Below, piece after piece: positions 1 through 8,203 of a stretch of DNA of 64,000 nucleotides. Origin of the DNA: a virus. The notes under the pieces are model-generated. The model saw nothing but the letters and a program-made list of their open reading frames with translations. It did no database searches and was not told the DNA's origin. A program made the position numbers and the translations under genes. The stretch is from positions 33,490 through 97,489 of the IMG/VR virus record IMGVR_UViG_3300020034_000004. The stretch is one strand, 5' to 3'. The first letter of the stretch is position 1. Each line of letters begins with the position of its first letter.

Positions 1-238
1 CCACTTATGATACAACATTCCTGCGAAGAAATCAACACTTACGTTTGAACTAATGGCAAAGAGCGGGTAAGAATTTAAAGCATACACTTCATGCTCTAAA
101 AGATAATCCTGAGCCATCAAATATGAAATTCTATAGATATTGCTTTCTGTCTTGTTATGAATAACGGAATACTTTCCAATACCGTCGCTCCATGCTTTAT
201 CGATGTGCTCTTCAAGCGTCATTACTTACCTTTCTGTG

Positions 239-613
239 TGGAGTCGGGCGGATTCGAACCGCCGTGCTTCATTCTTCTAAATAAATCATTATACAGTCAT
301 TACTATTCATTGAGACTTTACAATTTGAAGGTGTCTGTGGAATAGCTCCCGCTACCTATAGCATTTTCTCCTGTGCCTTCAGGTTCAATTGTTATTAAAT
401 TGTAACTATTTTGGATTCGGACGGTATAGTTACCGTCCTAGCTAGTCTTTTATCAGACAGTTGCTAGGGAAGCAGAGCGTAGAATAGCCTCTGCCTCTGC
501 GACAATGTTATAATTATCTGCATTTATAGTTTGTTAGCTGTTTTAAGACTCTGCCAACTAAGTCTGACTGCGTATCTATTCTTCCAAACAAAGTCGAAAC
601 CAATTACGACCCC
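239..613 (-). ncRNA. ssrA: tmRNA
   Basis: 5' GGGGUCGUAAUUGGUUUCGAC and 3' T-arm GGCGGUUCGAAUCCGCC-CGACUCC-A, with a G3:U70 Ala acceptor. Internal tag ORF 521..453 after AUAAAU reads ADNYNIVAEAEAILRSASLATV*. Confidence 0.95.
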
Positions 614-735
614 TTAAACAAGTTTTCTTTAAATCTATTTATTGCATTAACGGCATCTTCATACCTGTTGAATCTACCAAGATGTTTAGCTTTGCCATCT
701 ATAATTGTTTTCGCTCTCCAACATTGCCCACAAGT
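604..735 (-). pseudogene. AP2 DNA-binding domain remnant (relic of an HNH-AP2 endonuclease)
   Basis: Manual translation gives WRAKTIIDGKAKHLGRFNRYEDAVNA, an AP2-type W.A....GK..HLG.F....A..A pattern. No start codon; the stop lies in the tmRNA 5' end. Confidence 0.6.
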
Positions 736-806
736 GCCCCTGCTGGGATTCGAACCCAGAATGCGAGTTTAGGAAACTCGAAGTTTATCCCTTAGCTTAC
801 AAAGGC
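735..806 (-). tRNA. tRNA-Arg(CCT)
   Basis: Cloverleaf; anticodon arm CGAGT-TT CCT AA-ACTCG; TTCGAAT T-loop. Confidence 0.9.
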
Positions 807-882
807 TTACCGCCAGCATGTTGCTACCTGCACCGATTCGAACGGCCATGCTGACTGGGAGAGCGTATACACTCTCCGTAGC

Positions 883-1179
883 TCAAGAAGGAGTTACTAG
901 ACCAAACACATTGGCTTTGTTAGTCCATCCATTTACATGTCCATGATTATTACTAATCTGAACTCTATCACCATCTACCGCCGAAATCAAGTGCAAATAA
1001 AATCTGCGGCCAATCTTGGCAAAGACAATGTCACCTTTAGATAGTACCCTGTCAACTGGTCTGATATCAACCGGCTGCCGACTATAAATGAGTGGTACCA
1101 TTGAGTTACCGCCCTCTTTGTATTCTTTAATGGTTTCTCCTGCTAGGAGCCTCTGTACCATTAGTTCTTTGACGTTCAC
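883..1179 (-). CDS. Peptidase S24/S26-like domain protein
   Basis: GNSMVPL...GDIV...LHLI pattern typical of the S24/S26 beta fold. Confidence 0.55.
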   Translation of the reverse strand: MNVKELMVQRLLAGETIKEYKEGGNSMVPLIYSRQPVDIRPVDRVLSKGDIVFAKIGRRFYLHLISAVDGDRVQISNNHGHVNGWTNKANVFGLVTPS

Positions 1180-1180
1180 G

Positions 1181-1255
1181 TGCCCTTGAAGGGATTCGAA
1201 CCCTCATCATCCAATTACGGTCAAACTACTTAGGAGGTAGCGCCGGTACTCAGGT
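1181..1255 (-). tRNA. Non-canonical tRNA-Arg(CCT)-like gene: no D-arm in the normal position, degenerate acceptor stem
   Basis: Anticodon arm GCTAC-CT CCT AA-GTAGT; T-arm GAGGG-TTCGAAT-CCCTT; D-loop-like TAATTGGA in the variable region. Confidence 0.55.
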
Positions 1256-1259
1256 AAAT

Positions 1260-1385
1260 TGGTGGACGGATAAGTTGGTAATTACTCCAACTAAGATTCT
1301 AGTTACCTATTACACACGTTACTCCGGAGTGCCGCGTGCACTTACTTCCCCAATATCCTCACCTTTTACAGTTATTGGCCGTCCC
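1260..1385 (-). ncRNA. Candidate ~126 nt structured RNA ending in ACCA
   Basis: Closing helix GGACGG/CCGUCC-ACCA; internal helices CCAAUA/UAUUGG, UGCACG/CGUGUG and AGUUGG/CCAACU. Confidence 0.45.
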
Positions 1386-1386
1386 G

Positions 1387-1453
1387 TGCCCCTAAGCGGA
1401 ATTGCACCGCTAACTGTCGGATTCGGATTCTGACGGTCAATCTTTCTAAGGGC
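1387..1453 (-). tRNA. D-armless tRNA-like gene, anticodon CCG (Arg)
   Basis: 7-bp acceptor GCCCTTA/TAGGGGC-A; T-arm AGCGG-TGCAATT-CCGCT; extended anticodon stem with loop AT CCG AA; no D-stem. Confidence 0.5.
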
Positions 1454-1470
1454 AATTATTCTGTTATATC

Positions 1471-1935
1471 CTAATCTTTACGATGATATTCTTCTATGAT
1501 TTCTTCATCTATTGCATCTTCACGTCTGAATTGACTTAAAGAGAAATACTGCCAAATCCAGAATATTAGATTCGGTACCGCCACCGACAGTAGAACCAGC
1601 CACTCACCAGTAGCAATATAGCACGATGAAGCAAACAACCACAAGCAAGCACCGGCAAGACCAGATGCCTTACCAACGGGCGGTATATTGAACATCAAAA
1701 AAGTCAATCCACATAGAATGGTAATAATTGCTATCGCTCCCCAAATAATTGGAAGAGAATTACCTAAACTACTCATAGCATTGAATAACGAAGAAGTACC
1801 CGCTATTTTAGTGAATGGTAGAATGAAAGCAAATCCAATACCATACGAAAAGGTAGATAACAAAAAGGGCCACATTAATGGATTAAATGTTTCACCTCTG
1901 GAGCTACTGGTTACTCTACTAAAGTACTTGTTCAT
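1471..1935 (-). CDS. Membrane protein (about 4 TM)
   Basis: 154 aa with several hydrophobic segments. Confidence 0.75.
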   Translation of the reverse strand: MNKYFSRVTSSSRGETFNPLMWPFLLSTFSYGIGFAFILPFTKIAGTSSLFNAMSSLGNSLPIIWGAIAIITILCGLTFLMFNIPPVGKASGLAGACLWLFASSCYIATGEWLVLLSVAVPNLIFWIWQYFSLSQFRREDAIDEEIIEEYHRKD

Positions 1936-2086
1936 ACTTAATTATAACATAGCACTTGTTAAGACACGGTGCACCACAGGGTCCTGACGGGTCAATACGT
2001 CTACCGCCCGTTTCCGCCAAGCGTACTTTAGGAGACGTAACATGTAAATTAACCGTATCGGAGTTGGTTACCGAACTTCCGCTTTG

Positions 2087-2159
2087 AGGCCCCTGAGAGA
2101 ATTGAACTCTCGTCTATGGGGTTGCAACCCATCGCCTAGAACCACTCAGCCAAGGGACC
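2087..2159 (-). tRNA. tRNA-Cys(GCA)
   Basis: ATGGG-TT GCA AC-CCCAT; U73 discriminator. Confidence 0.9.
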
Positions 2160-2241
2160 ATAATGCCACATAGACCTTGCTTATATAACATTTTGATTAT
2201 TTTACTCTATAATGTGGAGCATGGCACAATCGAACCATGAG

Positions 2242-2314
2242 TGGAGAATATGGAAATCGAATCCATCGGACAGGTATCTTGCAAAGATTCCTCGCTTATC
2301 CCAGAGCATTCCCC
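2242..2314 (-). tRNA. tRNA-Ala(TGC), atypical D-arm
   Basis: GGGGAAT/ATTCTCC-A acceptor with G3:U70; loop TT TGC AA. Confidence 0.75.
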
Positions 2315-2333
2315 AAGAAATAATATTGTAATA

Positions 2334-2362
2334 ATTATAGCACGAACTTGCATGAATGTCAA
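2334..2362 (-). promoter_or_regulatory. sigma70/HrdB-type promoter
   Basis: TTGACA-17-TATAAT with extended -10 TGn. Confidence 0.8.
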
Positions 2363-2488
2363 GAAGAATACGACGTAAGAAATAATGAGATAGATAATAA
2401 GCTTTGAGGTCTTTTAGTTTTACAAGGAGCATACCAACTTCCTTGGGGCGTTGTCATCACCCGGACTAGTATTTAGTCTAACAGATGC

Positions 2489-2881
2489 TTAGTGGTCTGT
2501 CAAACCTTCTTGTGCACTTTGAACTAGACTTCGTTCTCCGTCTATTAAATCGTTAACGGATAAACTACCAGCCTTATAGAAGTTAATCGGAGCATCTTCT
2601 GCTACTATCTCTTCTGTTACATCTGGCTGTAGACCTTCTTCTAGATTAGAGAGGACTTCTTCGAGGGATTCATTTACAATACCCTCGTTTTCGTTGTACT
2701 GGTCGTAGAAGTCACATAGCATTGCGTCACGCTCAGCAACCGCTTCTTCATGGGCAATTCGTGCTGCTTGCAACGCACCCTCAGCAACAAGTAAATTATC
2801 TTCAGTTACTGTCAATTTATCTAAAGTTGGCGCAAATCGTCTACGCTTCTTCTCAAACTCCAAAAACTCTTCTGCGTTCAT
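2489..2881 (-). CDS. Hypothetical acidic protein
   Basis: 130 aa ORF, tightly packed with the upstream gene. Confidence 0.7.
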   Translation of the reverse strand: MNAEEFLEFEKKRRRFAPTLDKLTVTEDNLLVAEGALQAARIAHEEAVAERDAMLCDFYDQYNENEGIVNESLEEVLSNLEEGLQPDVTEEIVAEDAPINFYKAGSLSVNDLIDGERSLVQSAQEGLTDH

Positions 2882-2886
2882 TTTTC

Positions 2887-3726
2887 CTACTTACATGCTG
2901 TTTTAATAGTGTTGATGTAACCCCAGACATCTCGACCCTTGGTAGCGCCAGGTGGATAGTATAATGCTGGACGACCCTGAGAAATCCAGCGTCTAGCTCC
3001 GCCTACGCCCAAATTGTAGGACGCAATGGCGTCCTCAATGGTGTTGATTTGATTGTCGTTTACAGCCATCTTCAAATAATCAAACACAAACTTGAAGGAT
3101 AATTCTGGAACCAACCGCTGCTCTTCAGTCCATTCAGGATGAGCCTCGCCATTGATTTGAGCTAGACCTACGTCTCTTTCGTCGGCAAAACCGACGGCTC
3201 CTGCATCCCAACCAGACTCTTGAGTTATAACACCACAAACAATAACTGGTGTGATTGCCCCAAGTGCCGGGTATTTAAGTAATTCAGCTTTAACAATTCT
3301 ATCTAAGTCTGGAAATAACAAAGCCTTAGAAGTTTTAGGACCAATAGCTCCATCTGCTGATTCTCCAACCTTTTGCTGAAATGCAACCACTTTACTCTTG
3401 GTTACCGGGCCGAACACACCATCAGCAGCGATGTTGGTTCCTAGTCTTCTGTTCAAGGCCGTTTGATACGCCTTGACTGCGCCAACAACTGCCCTCTCAT
3501 TTGCGTTAGCTGGTGCCTTTTTACCGATGTAATTTGTACCTACAATAGGTAACTTATAATATGGTCCTGGCTTATCGGTTTTATACGCTAATGTACCGCC
3601 GATGCTTGACCATGAGCCTCTACCTGTCATTTTGTTTTTAACTACCTTTCCAGATGTATTTGTATTATCTGGAAATAGTATATCACGAAATATATACAAA
3701 ATGATAACTAAGACTAACGTCAGCAC
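2887..3726 (-). CDS. Membrane-anchored lytic transglycosylase with peptidoglycan-binding domain
   Basis: N-terminal TM; DGVFGPVT and DGAIGPKT PG-binding repeats; SLT motifs QES, GLAQIN, ASYNLG. Confidence 0.85.
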   Translation of the reverse strand: MLTLVLVIILYIFRDILFPDNTNTSGKVVKNKMTGRGSWSSIGGTLAYKTDKPGPYYKLPIVGTNYIGKKAPANANERAVVGAVKAYQTALNRRLGTNIAADGVFGPVTKSKVVAFQQKVGESADGAIGPKTSKALLFPDLDRIVKAELLKYPALGAITPVIVCGVITQESGWDAGAVGFADERDVGLAQINGEAHPEWTEEQRLVPELSFKFVFDYLKMAVNDNQINTIEDAIASYNLGVGGARRWISQGRPALYYPPGATKGRDVWGYINTIKTACK

Positions 3727-3732
3727 AAGATA

Positions 3733-4017
3733 CTACTGTCTTACATATTTGATAGTGATAACTTGATGAGCTTCTACCGGATAAAATTCTACACGCATAT
3801 TAGAAGAATCTAATTCACCATCAAGAGAATCTCGATAGGAAAGCCCAACGAAATGGTTTGGCTGGTCGATATAAACGTTTTCATAAACATTTCCCCAACG
3901 CCACTCTTCAACAATTTCAGATTGAACCTGACTGTAACCGAGACTACGAATAAAATCATTTGGGTCGGCATAAGAGTCTTCTTTGATATACTCTAGCCAT
4001 TGTTCATTTAAATTCAC
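3733..4017 (-). CDS. Hypothetical protein
   Basis: 94 aa; AAGGAG RBS upstream. Confidence 0.7.
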   Translation of the reverse strand: MNLNEQWLEYIKEDSYADPNDFIRSLGYSQVQSEIVEEWRWGNVYENVYIDQPNHFVGLSYRDSLDGELDSSNMRVEFYPVEAHQVITIKYVRQ

Positions 4018-4038
4018 TTTAGCTCCTTAGATTGAAAA

Positions 4039-4065
4039 TAGGCCGGTATATAATATACCGGCCTA
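4039..4065 (-). terminator. Intrinsic terminator-like hairpin after tRNA-Tyr
   Basis: TAGGCCGGTATA/TATACCGGCCTA inverted repeat followed by TTTT on the minus strand. Confidence 0.65.
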
Positions 4066-4068
4066 CCG

Positions 4069-4150
4069 TGCGCCTGGACGGATTCGAACCGCCTCACCCT
4101 AAAGAATGGCTTTACAGGCCACCGCAACTCTCCAACTTTGCCGCAGACGC
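4069..4150 (-). tRNA. tRNA-Tyr(GTA)
   Basis: TGGC-CT GTA AA-GCCA; long variable region. Confidence 0.9.
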
Positions 4151-4240
4151 ATAACCTCTTTGCTAGTTTTCCATATAAACCGCCTGGGTAACTAGCTAAC
4201 CAACCGGATGGTATTGACAGGATGAGGTACCTTGTCAAGT

Positions 4241-4555
4241 TTAGACTCTTTCAAGTCTACGCTTACGTAGTCTACGAGAAATCAATATTGTGGGTCTCTG
4301 ATTACGTAAGTAGTTTTTCTTGTCCTGATGAGTAGTTAAGACTTCACCCTGTTGCACCTCTGTACGAGATGCCTGCCAGGAACTAAAACTACCTAAGAAC
4401 AAAGCTATCATAGAAACTAAAGAAACGAAAATAACGCTTTCCAACCAACCGAGGAAGAAAGATAATACTGTGAACGGTAACCAAAAACATGTTGACCATC
4501 CATGGAACCCCTTTAGTATATATGGGTCACCAATGATTTCCATTAGTTTCTTCAA
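4241..4555 (-). CDS. Small membrane protein
   Basis: Two TM segments and a basic tail. Confidence 0.65.
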   Translation of the reverse strand: MKKLMEIIGDPYILKGFHGWSTCFWLPFTVLSFFLGWLESVIFVSLVSMIALFLGSFSSWQASRTEVQQGEVLTTHQDKKNYLRNQRPTILISRRLRKRRLERV

Positions 4556-4556
4556 G

Positions 4557-4634
4557 TAGCGGGATACTGGAATTGAACCAGCTTATTGCTGAAGCTTATG
4601 AGGCTTGCCGAGATTTACCAACCTCCCACCCGCA
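4557..4634 (-). tRNA. tRNA-Met(CAT), 1:72 mismatch (initiator-like)
   Basis: AAGC-CT CAT AA-GCTT; TTCAATT T-loop. Confidence 0.75.
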
Positions 4635-4654
4635 TGACTTTTTCAAGTAGTTCT

Positions 4655-4683
4655 ACTTTATCATACTACAATGGCTCTGTCAA
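4655..4683 (-). promoter_or_regulatory. sigma70-type promoter
   Basis: TTGACA-17-TAAAGT with TGn. Confidence 0.7.
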
Positions 4684-4744
4684 CTCAATCGCACAGTTAT
4701 GCAAAAATCATCATTGGGAATTCGACAATGGTCATTTATTCTTG

Positions 4745-4813
4745 TAGCGCGTGAGGGTGATGCACCCTCCTATCAGTCCTTATGAGAGACTGCTGTTCAC
4801 TGGAACCCGCGCC
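4745..4813 (-). tRNA. tRNA-Met/Ile2(CAT), short D-arm
   Basis: CAGTCT-CT CAT AA-GGACTG; T-arm GAGGG/CCCTC. Confidence 0.7.
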
Positions 4814-4983
4814 AGGCCAGCCTATTATTTATACTCTTGTACTGGAACAGAGTGAGTTGGTGGGGGCGTCTGTCAGCTTTGGATTATGCAGGAAACACGC
4901 CCCTTCAAACCTGCGTTATCGGTACATAGATATGCATCTCGTCTCCGACCTTCACATACAAGACTTCGAAATCTTGCAGCTTG

Positions 4984-5055
4984 TACTCCCAGAGGGAATC
5001 AAACCCTCTCCTAATGCCTGAGAAACATTTATACTTGTCGTTATACTATGGGAGC
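4984..5055 (-). tRNA. tRNA-Glu(CTC)
   Basis: Acceptor GCTCCCA/TGGGAGT; loop TT CTC AG. Confidence 0.8.
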
Positions 5056-5145
5056 TTATTAAATTATTACATAGTTCTTCAATTAACCATTGCGCTACAT
5101 ACGCCTCTCTATCCAATAGATAATCTAGTTCTATTCGAAAACAAG

Positions 5146-5226
5146 TATCGCAGACGGGAATCGAACCCGCAAGCCGAAGCATCTGATTGAAAGTCAGACC
5201 ACCGTAACCAATACAGTACCTGCGAT
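5146..5226 (-). tRNA. tRNA-Glu(TTC) with an extra variable arm
   Basis: TCTGA-CT TTC AA-TCAGA; variable GC-TTCG-GC hairpin. Confidence 0.8.
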
Positions 5227-5353
5227 ATAATGCCAAGCAGTTACAAAAGGCTGCAACGCTTGGCAGCATTATTTCAAAAACTAGATAATTCCGGAGAACA
5301 TCTAGTAACAATTGTGCAAACAAGCTGCACTGCCTTATCGGCGTAATAAGTCT

Positions 5354-5382
5354 ATCTTACCATACCGACGAATGCCTGTCAA
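5354..5382 (-). promoter_or_regulatory. sigma70-type promoter
   Basis: TTGACA-17-TAAGAT with TGn. Confidence 0.8.
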
Positions 5383-5645
5383 GCTATTTTGGCCGGTGCT
5401 AGTTTATTGTTCTTAACTACAACTAGTACTGTCTTATCCTGATACCATTCATTAATGTCTATACCATTATCTAATGCCAAAGAGAATGGACATTCTCTTA
5501 AGTCTTGATAATCTTCTAAACAATTCTTGCTATGAAGAATGTAGACCGTTTCTTCTTTACTTACCGCCTTCGCAAAATGTGCACGAACGTGCCTTTTTAT
5601 TCCAACAATTTTTTCAATTATTGATGCATCTACAATTTCAGTCAT
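5379..5645 (-). CDS. Hypothetical protein
   Basis: 88 aa; start overlaps the upstream stop codon. Confidence 0.7.
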   Translation of the reverse strand: MTEIVDASIIEKIVGIKRHVRAHFAKAVSKEETVYILHSKNCLEDYQDLRECPFSLALDNGIDINEWYQDKTVLVVVKNNKLAPAKIA

Positions 5646-5845
5646 TATTCGTTATCAAGTCTCTTTAGATTAGGATTTTGACCTTGCATAATTCCAACCT
5701 TACCAAGACGAACCTTGATTTGACCGGGTAATGAATTATGCCACTGAAGCATATGTTCCTTTACTGTTCGATTCACGTCTTCATCTGTAGAATATGAACT
5801 CAGTACATAGTCAACAACAATTCCATCTTCATAAATGAACATTAT
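5645..5845 (-). CDS. Hypothetical protein
   Basis: AAGGAG RBS ahead of MFIYEDG; the longer ORF-track start lies inside a tRNA. Confidence 0.55.
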   Translation of the reverse strand: MMFIYEDGIVVDYVLSSYSTDEDVNRTVKEHMLQWHNSLPGQIKVRLGKVGIMQGQNPNLKRLDNE

Positions 5846-5853
5846 GCTCCTTG

Positions 5854-5937
5854 TACGCCAGGTGAGGTTCGAACTCACGTCGGGCTTTCGCCATCAGTTT
5901 AAAAGACTGTTCCCATCGGCCACTAGGGGACTGGCGC
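5854..5937 (-). tRNA. tRNA with TTT (Lys) anticodon on a class II (long variable arm) body
   Basis: CAGT-CT TTT AA-ACTG; variable arm GGC-GAAA-GCC. Confidence 0.75.
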
Positions 5938-5974
5938 ATATTTTGTTTCAATTCACACTTATTACAAAGTTAAG

Positions 5975-6045
5975 TACCCCCGGTTGGAATCGAACCAACG
6001 TCTGCAAAGTAAGAGTTTGCGGCTAATCCCCTCAGCTACGGAGGC
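5975..6045 (-). tRNA. tRNA-Lys(CTT)
   Basis: GCAAA-CT CTT AC-TTTGC. Confidence 0.9.
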
Positions 6046-6145
6046 AGAGAATGAGCTAAACCATAGATTTAGCTCACCCATCAACCTATTCAGTTTCGGA
6101 GTGCTGTCACGCATTTATTCTCCTAGATGGTAAGTCATCACCGTG

Positions 6146-6218
6146 GGTGCTAGACGGGTACTGCCCCCGCTAAAACTTGAGTCACAGTCAAGCACCTCGC
6201 TTCTTGGCCTCTAGCACC
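6146..6218 (-). tRNA. tRNA-His(GTG)
   Basis: CTTGA-CT GTG AC-TCAAG; encoded G-1:C73. Confidence 0.9.
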
Positions 6219-6326
6219 ATGTTGTCAATAGACAAATTATTGCAAGTGCTGGTCTGACTACCTCATTGGGTCATACAGACCGTACGGATTGGTTACCTTA
6301 GCAACACTTGATACCCTGATATAACT

Positions 6327-6355
6327 ACTTTAACACCATACCGGCCGTTTGTCAA
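6327..6355 (-). promoter_or_regulatory. sigma70-type promoter
   Basis: TTGACA-17-TAAAGT with TGn. Confidence 0.75.
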
Positions 6356-6378
6356 GACCTCACATTATGTGGTTTGAT

Positions 6379-7011
6379 TCAGGCGCAGTTCACAGCGTCG
6401 TATCTACGATGCATTGCTGAATCACAAGCTGTCTTATCGTGATACTGTGCCCACCTCAGGTCCCATCTATTCTGATTGAAGATAGAAACACTAGAGCCAC
6501 CAGACCAAATCTTACCACCCAAATGTTGACCCATCAATCTAGTGATGTATGTGGCAATTGCATTAGTACCGGCATAAATGACATCCGGCTGACAAGAGTA
6601 CCTGTAATAATTGTAAAAGATTGTCGGGCCAGTCTCATGCCTTGAACCATCACTTGTCAAGTTTTGATAACCCTGAGCACACCACGGATAATCGTTGGCT
6701 TGATATGCCTGCACTAGCCAGGTTCGTATAATCTGTCTATCTAGATAACCATAATCACCACAAGTAACACCAGTGGCTGGTACATTTGTATAAATAACAC
6801 TAATTGCTGGTGATTCATTCCAGCTATTAGCTGCGGTATGAAAATATGATGGATAGAACGAACCAGTTGAATGGTCTTCTACACATACATATGGACTATA
6901 GAATCTATGATTGTCAATCGGTACCGCCGCGTTTGCTGCTAGAGCGCCTGCCATCCAAAAAGCCATAACTAAACAGGCAAAAACGGTAAGTCTATTAAAA
7001 ATTTTCTTCAA
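6379..7011 (-). CDS. Secreted cysteine-containing protein, possibly a degenerate zincin
   Basis: Signal peptide ending ANA-A; AANSWN and TRLMGQHLG segments. Confidence 0.6.
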   Translation of the reverse strand: MKKIFNRLTVFACLVMAFWMAGALAANAAVPIDNHRFYSPYVCVEDHSTGSFYPSYFHTAANSWNESPAISVIYTNVPATGVTCGDYGYLDRQIIRTWLVQAYQANDYPWCAQGYQNLTSDGSRHETGPTIFYNYYRYSCQPDVIYAGTNAIATYITRLMGQHLGGKIWSGGSSVSIFNQNRWDLRWAQYHDKTACDSAMHRRYDAVNCA

Positions 7012-7055
7012 TTTTCGCTCTCCATATATGAATGTGGGGCCGAAGACCCACCTTG

Positions 7056-7126
7056 AGGGCTGAACGGGTACTGACCCCGCTTCTTCACGTTGGCAACGTG
7101 AGACATTACCTTTATGCTACCAGCCC
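7056..7126 (-). tRNA. tRNA-Gly(GCC)
   Basis: CACG-TT GCC AA-CGTG; U73. Confidence 0.9.
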
Positions 7127-7214
7127 GGAGTAACGAAATTTCCTTCCACTACCCTTATTTAAAGCCCCATATGTTTCGGTCAATGAATCTAACTGCTTAA
7201 GCTGCCGGTATTAA

Positions 7215-7274
7215 TTATAAAATCCAAATCAATAATGCTATGATAAGAAGAACACCAACAATAGTCCAAATCAT
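7215..7274 (-). CDS. 19-aa transmembrane microprotein MIWTIVGVLLIIALLIWIL
   Basis: G-rich RBS, own promoter at 7318-7346, fully hydrophobic sequence. Confidence 0.55.
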   Translation of the reverse strand: MIWTIVGVLLIIALLIWIL

Positions 7275-7317
7275 ATTATTCCCCCACCCACTTTAATCAC
7301 CACCTAATACTTATAAT

Positions 7318-7346
7318 AGAATAACATATAAGAATCTTAGTGTCAA
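7318..7346 (-). promoter_or_regulatory. sigma70-type promoter
   Basis: TTGACA-17-TATTCT with TGn. Confidence 0.65.
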
Positions 7347-7348
7347 TG

Positions 7349-7421
7349 CGCCCCTGACTGGATTCGAACCAGCATTTTTCAGCTTAGAAGGCTGTTGAGT
7401 TATCCCTTACTCTACAGAGGC
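7349..7421 (-). tRNA. tRNA-Arg(TCT)
   Basis: CAGC-CT TCT AA-GCTG. Confidence 0.9.
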
Positions 7422-7423
7422 AG

Positions 7424-7542
7424 ATGTAGCTGGATGGTCTTCGGATGCACTTAGGTCCTACTGGTCTGAATAACTGTGGTTCTTATGTTTCACAGCACTG
7501 ACATTTCTGGCGAATACGCCTGCTCCTAAGGTCCAGCTACAT
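7424..7542 (-). ncRNA. Candidate ~120 nt structured RNA
   Basis: 11-bp closing helix AUGUAGCUGGA/UCCAGCUACAU; inner CUUAGG/CCUAAG and CUGUG/CACAG. Confidence 0.45.
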
Positions 7543-7618
7543 GGTCCGGTATGTATTTTATCTCTCACTTTCCATACCGGCTCTCTATCGGGGGTTTAAT
7601 ACGAAGAGAGCCCCGATG

Positions 7619-7756
7619 TTAATATCTACTTAGTGCTTTATACAGTCTTTCGAATTGTGACTTGCCGTTACGTTGACAAGACGGTGAACAATAGATTTTA
7701 CCGCCCACAATCCATAAATGAGTCTTAATCTGTGTACCGCATTTTGAACAGTTCAA
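7619..7756 (-). CDS. Small zinc-finger protein (45 aa)
   Basis: Manual translation NCSKCG...YCSPSC; TTG start. Confidence 0.5.
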   Translation of the reverse strand: MNCSKCGTQIKTHLWIVGGKIYCSPSCQRNGKSQFERLYKALSRY

Positions 7757-7827
7757 TGTTTTATCTAGTTTTTATGGTCTAGCGACCCCGAGAGTGACAG
7801 CCTCTTGCTTGTCACGATTATATATCT

Positions 7828-7856
7828 ATAGTATCACGTGACAGTCGTCACGTCAA
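7828..7856 (-). promoter_or_regulatory. sigma70-type promoter
   Basis: TTGACG-17-TACTAT with TGn. Confidence 0.7.
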
Positions 7857-7858
7857 GA

Positions 7859-8092
7859 TTATCGAGCAAGATATCTTACTCTGCGCTCAGCTTGTCTTGA
7901 CTCATATGGAGTAGGCAAGCCTTGTGCGCGATATACATCATTTGCTGCTTTACGCTCAGCAGCGTCAGCAATATTTGCTTTCTTTTCAAGCTGTCGCTTT
8001 GCCCATGAGCGGGCGCGGCGGGCTTTAAGATTAACATTGCTCATACGCTTGTGGGCAGGATTGCCCTTGTTGCTTCGTTGTTGGTCGGCCAT
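7859..8092 (-). CDS. Small basic protein
   Basis: AAGGAGG RBS; R/K-rich, 77 aa. Confidence 0.75.
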   Translation of the reverse strand: MADQQRSNKGNPAHKRMSNVNLKARRARSWAKRQLEKKANIADAAERKAANDVYRAQGLPTPYESRQAERRVRYLAR

Positions 8093-8203
8093 CTATTAGA
8101 CACCTCCTTTTCAGGTAGTTACCTAATCATGACCGTACCTCCAAAAGTTCATTTATATTTACCCTCCGATTTTTATCAGTGATTATGTTCAGTGATGATA
8201 TTA

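Noticed and set aside
2214-2240. Extra tRNA 3'-end fragment (possible att site)
   Set aside because: Only a distorted T-arm and acceptor strand; no integrase in the window and too short to support.
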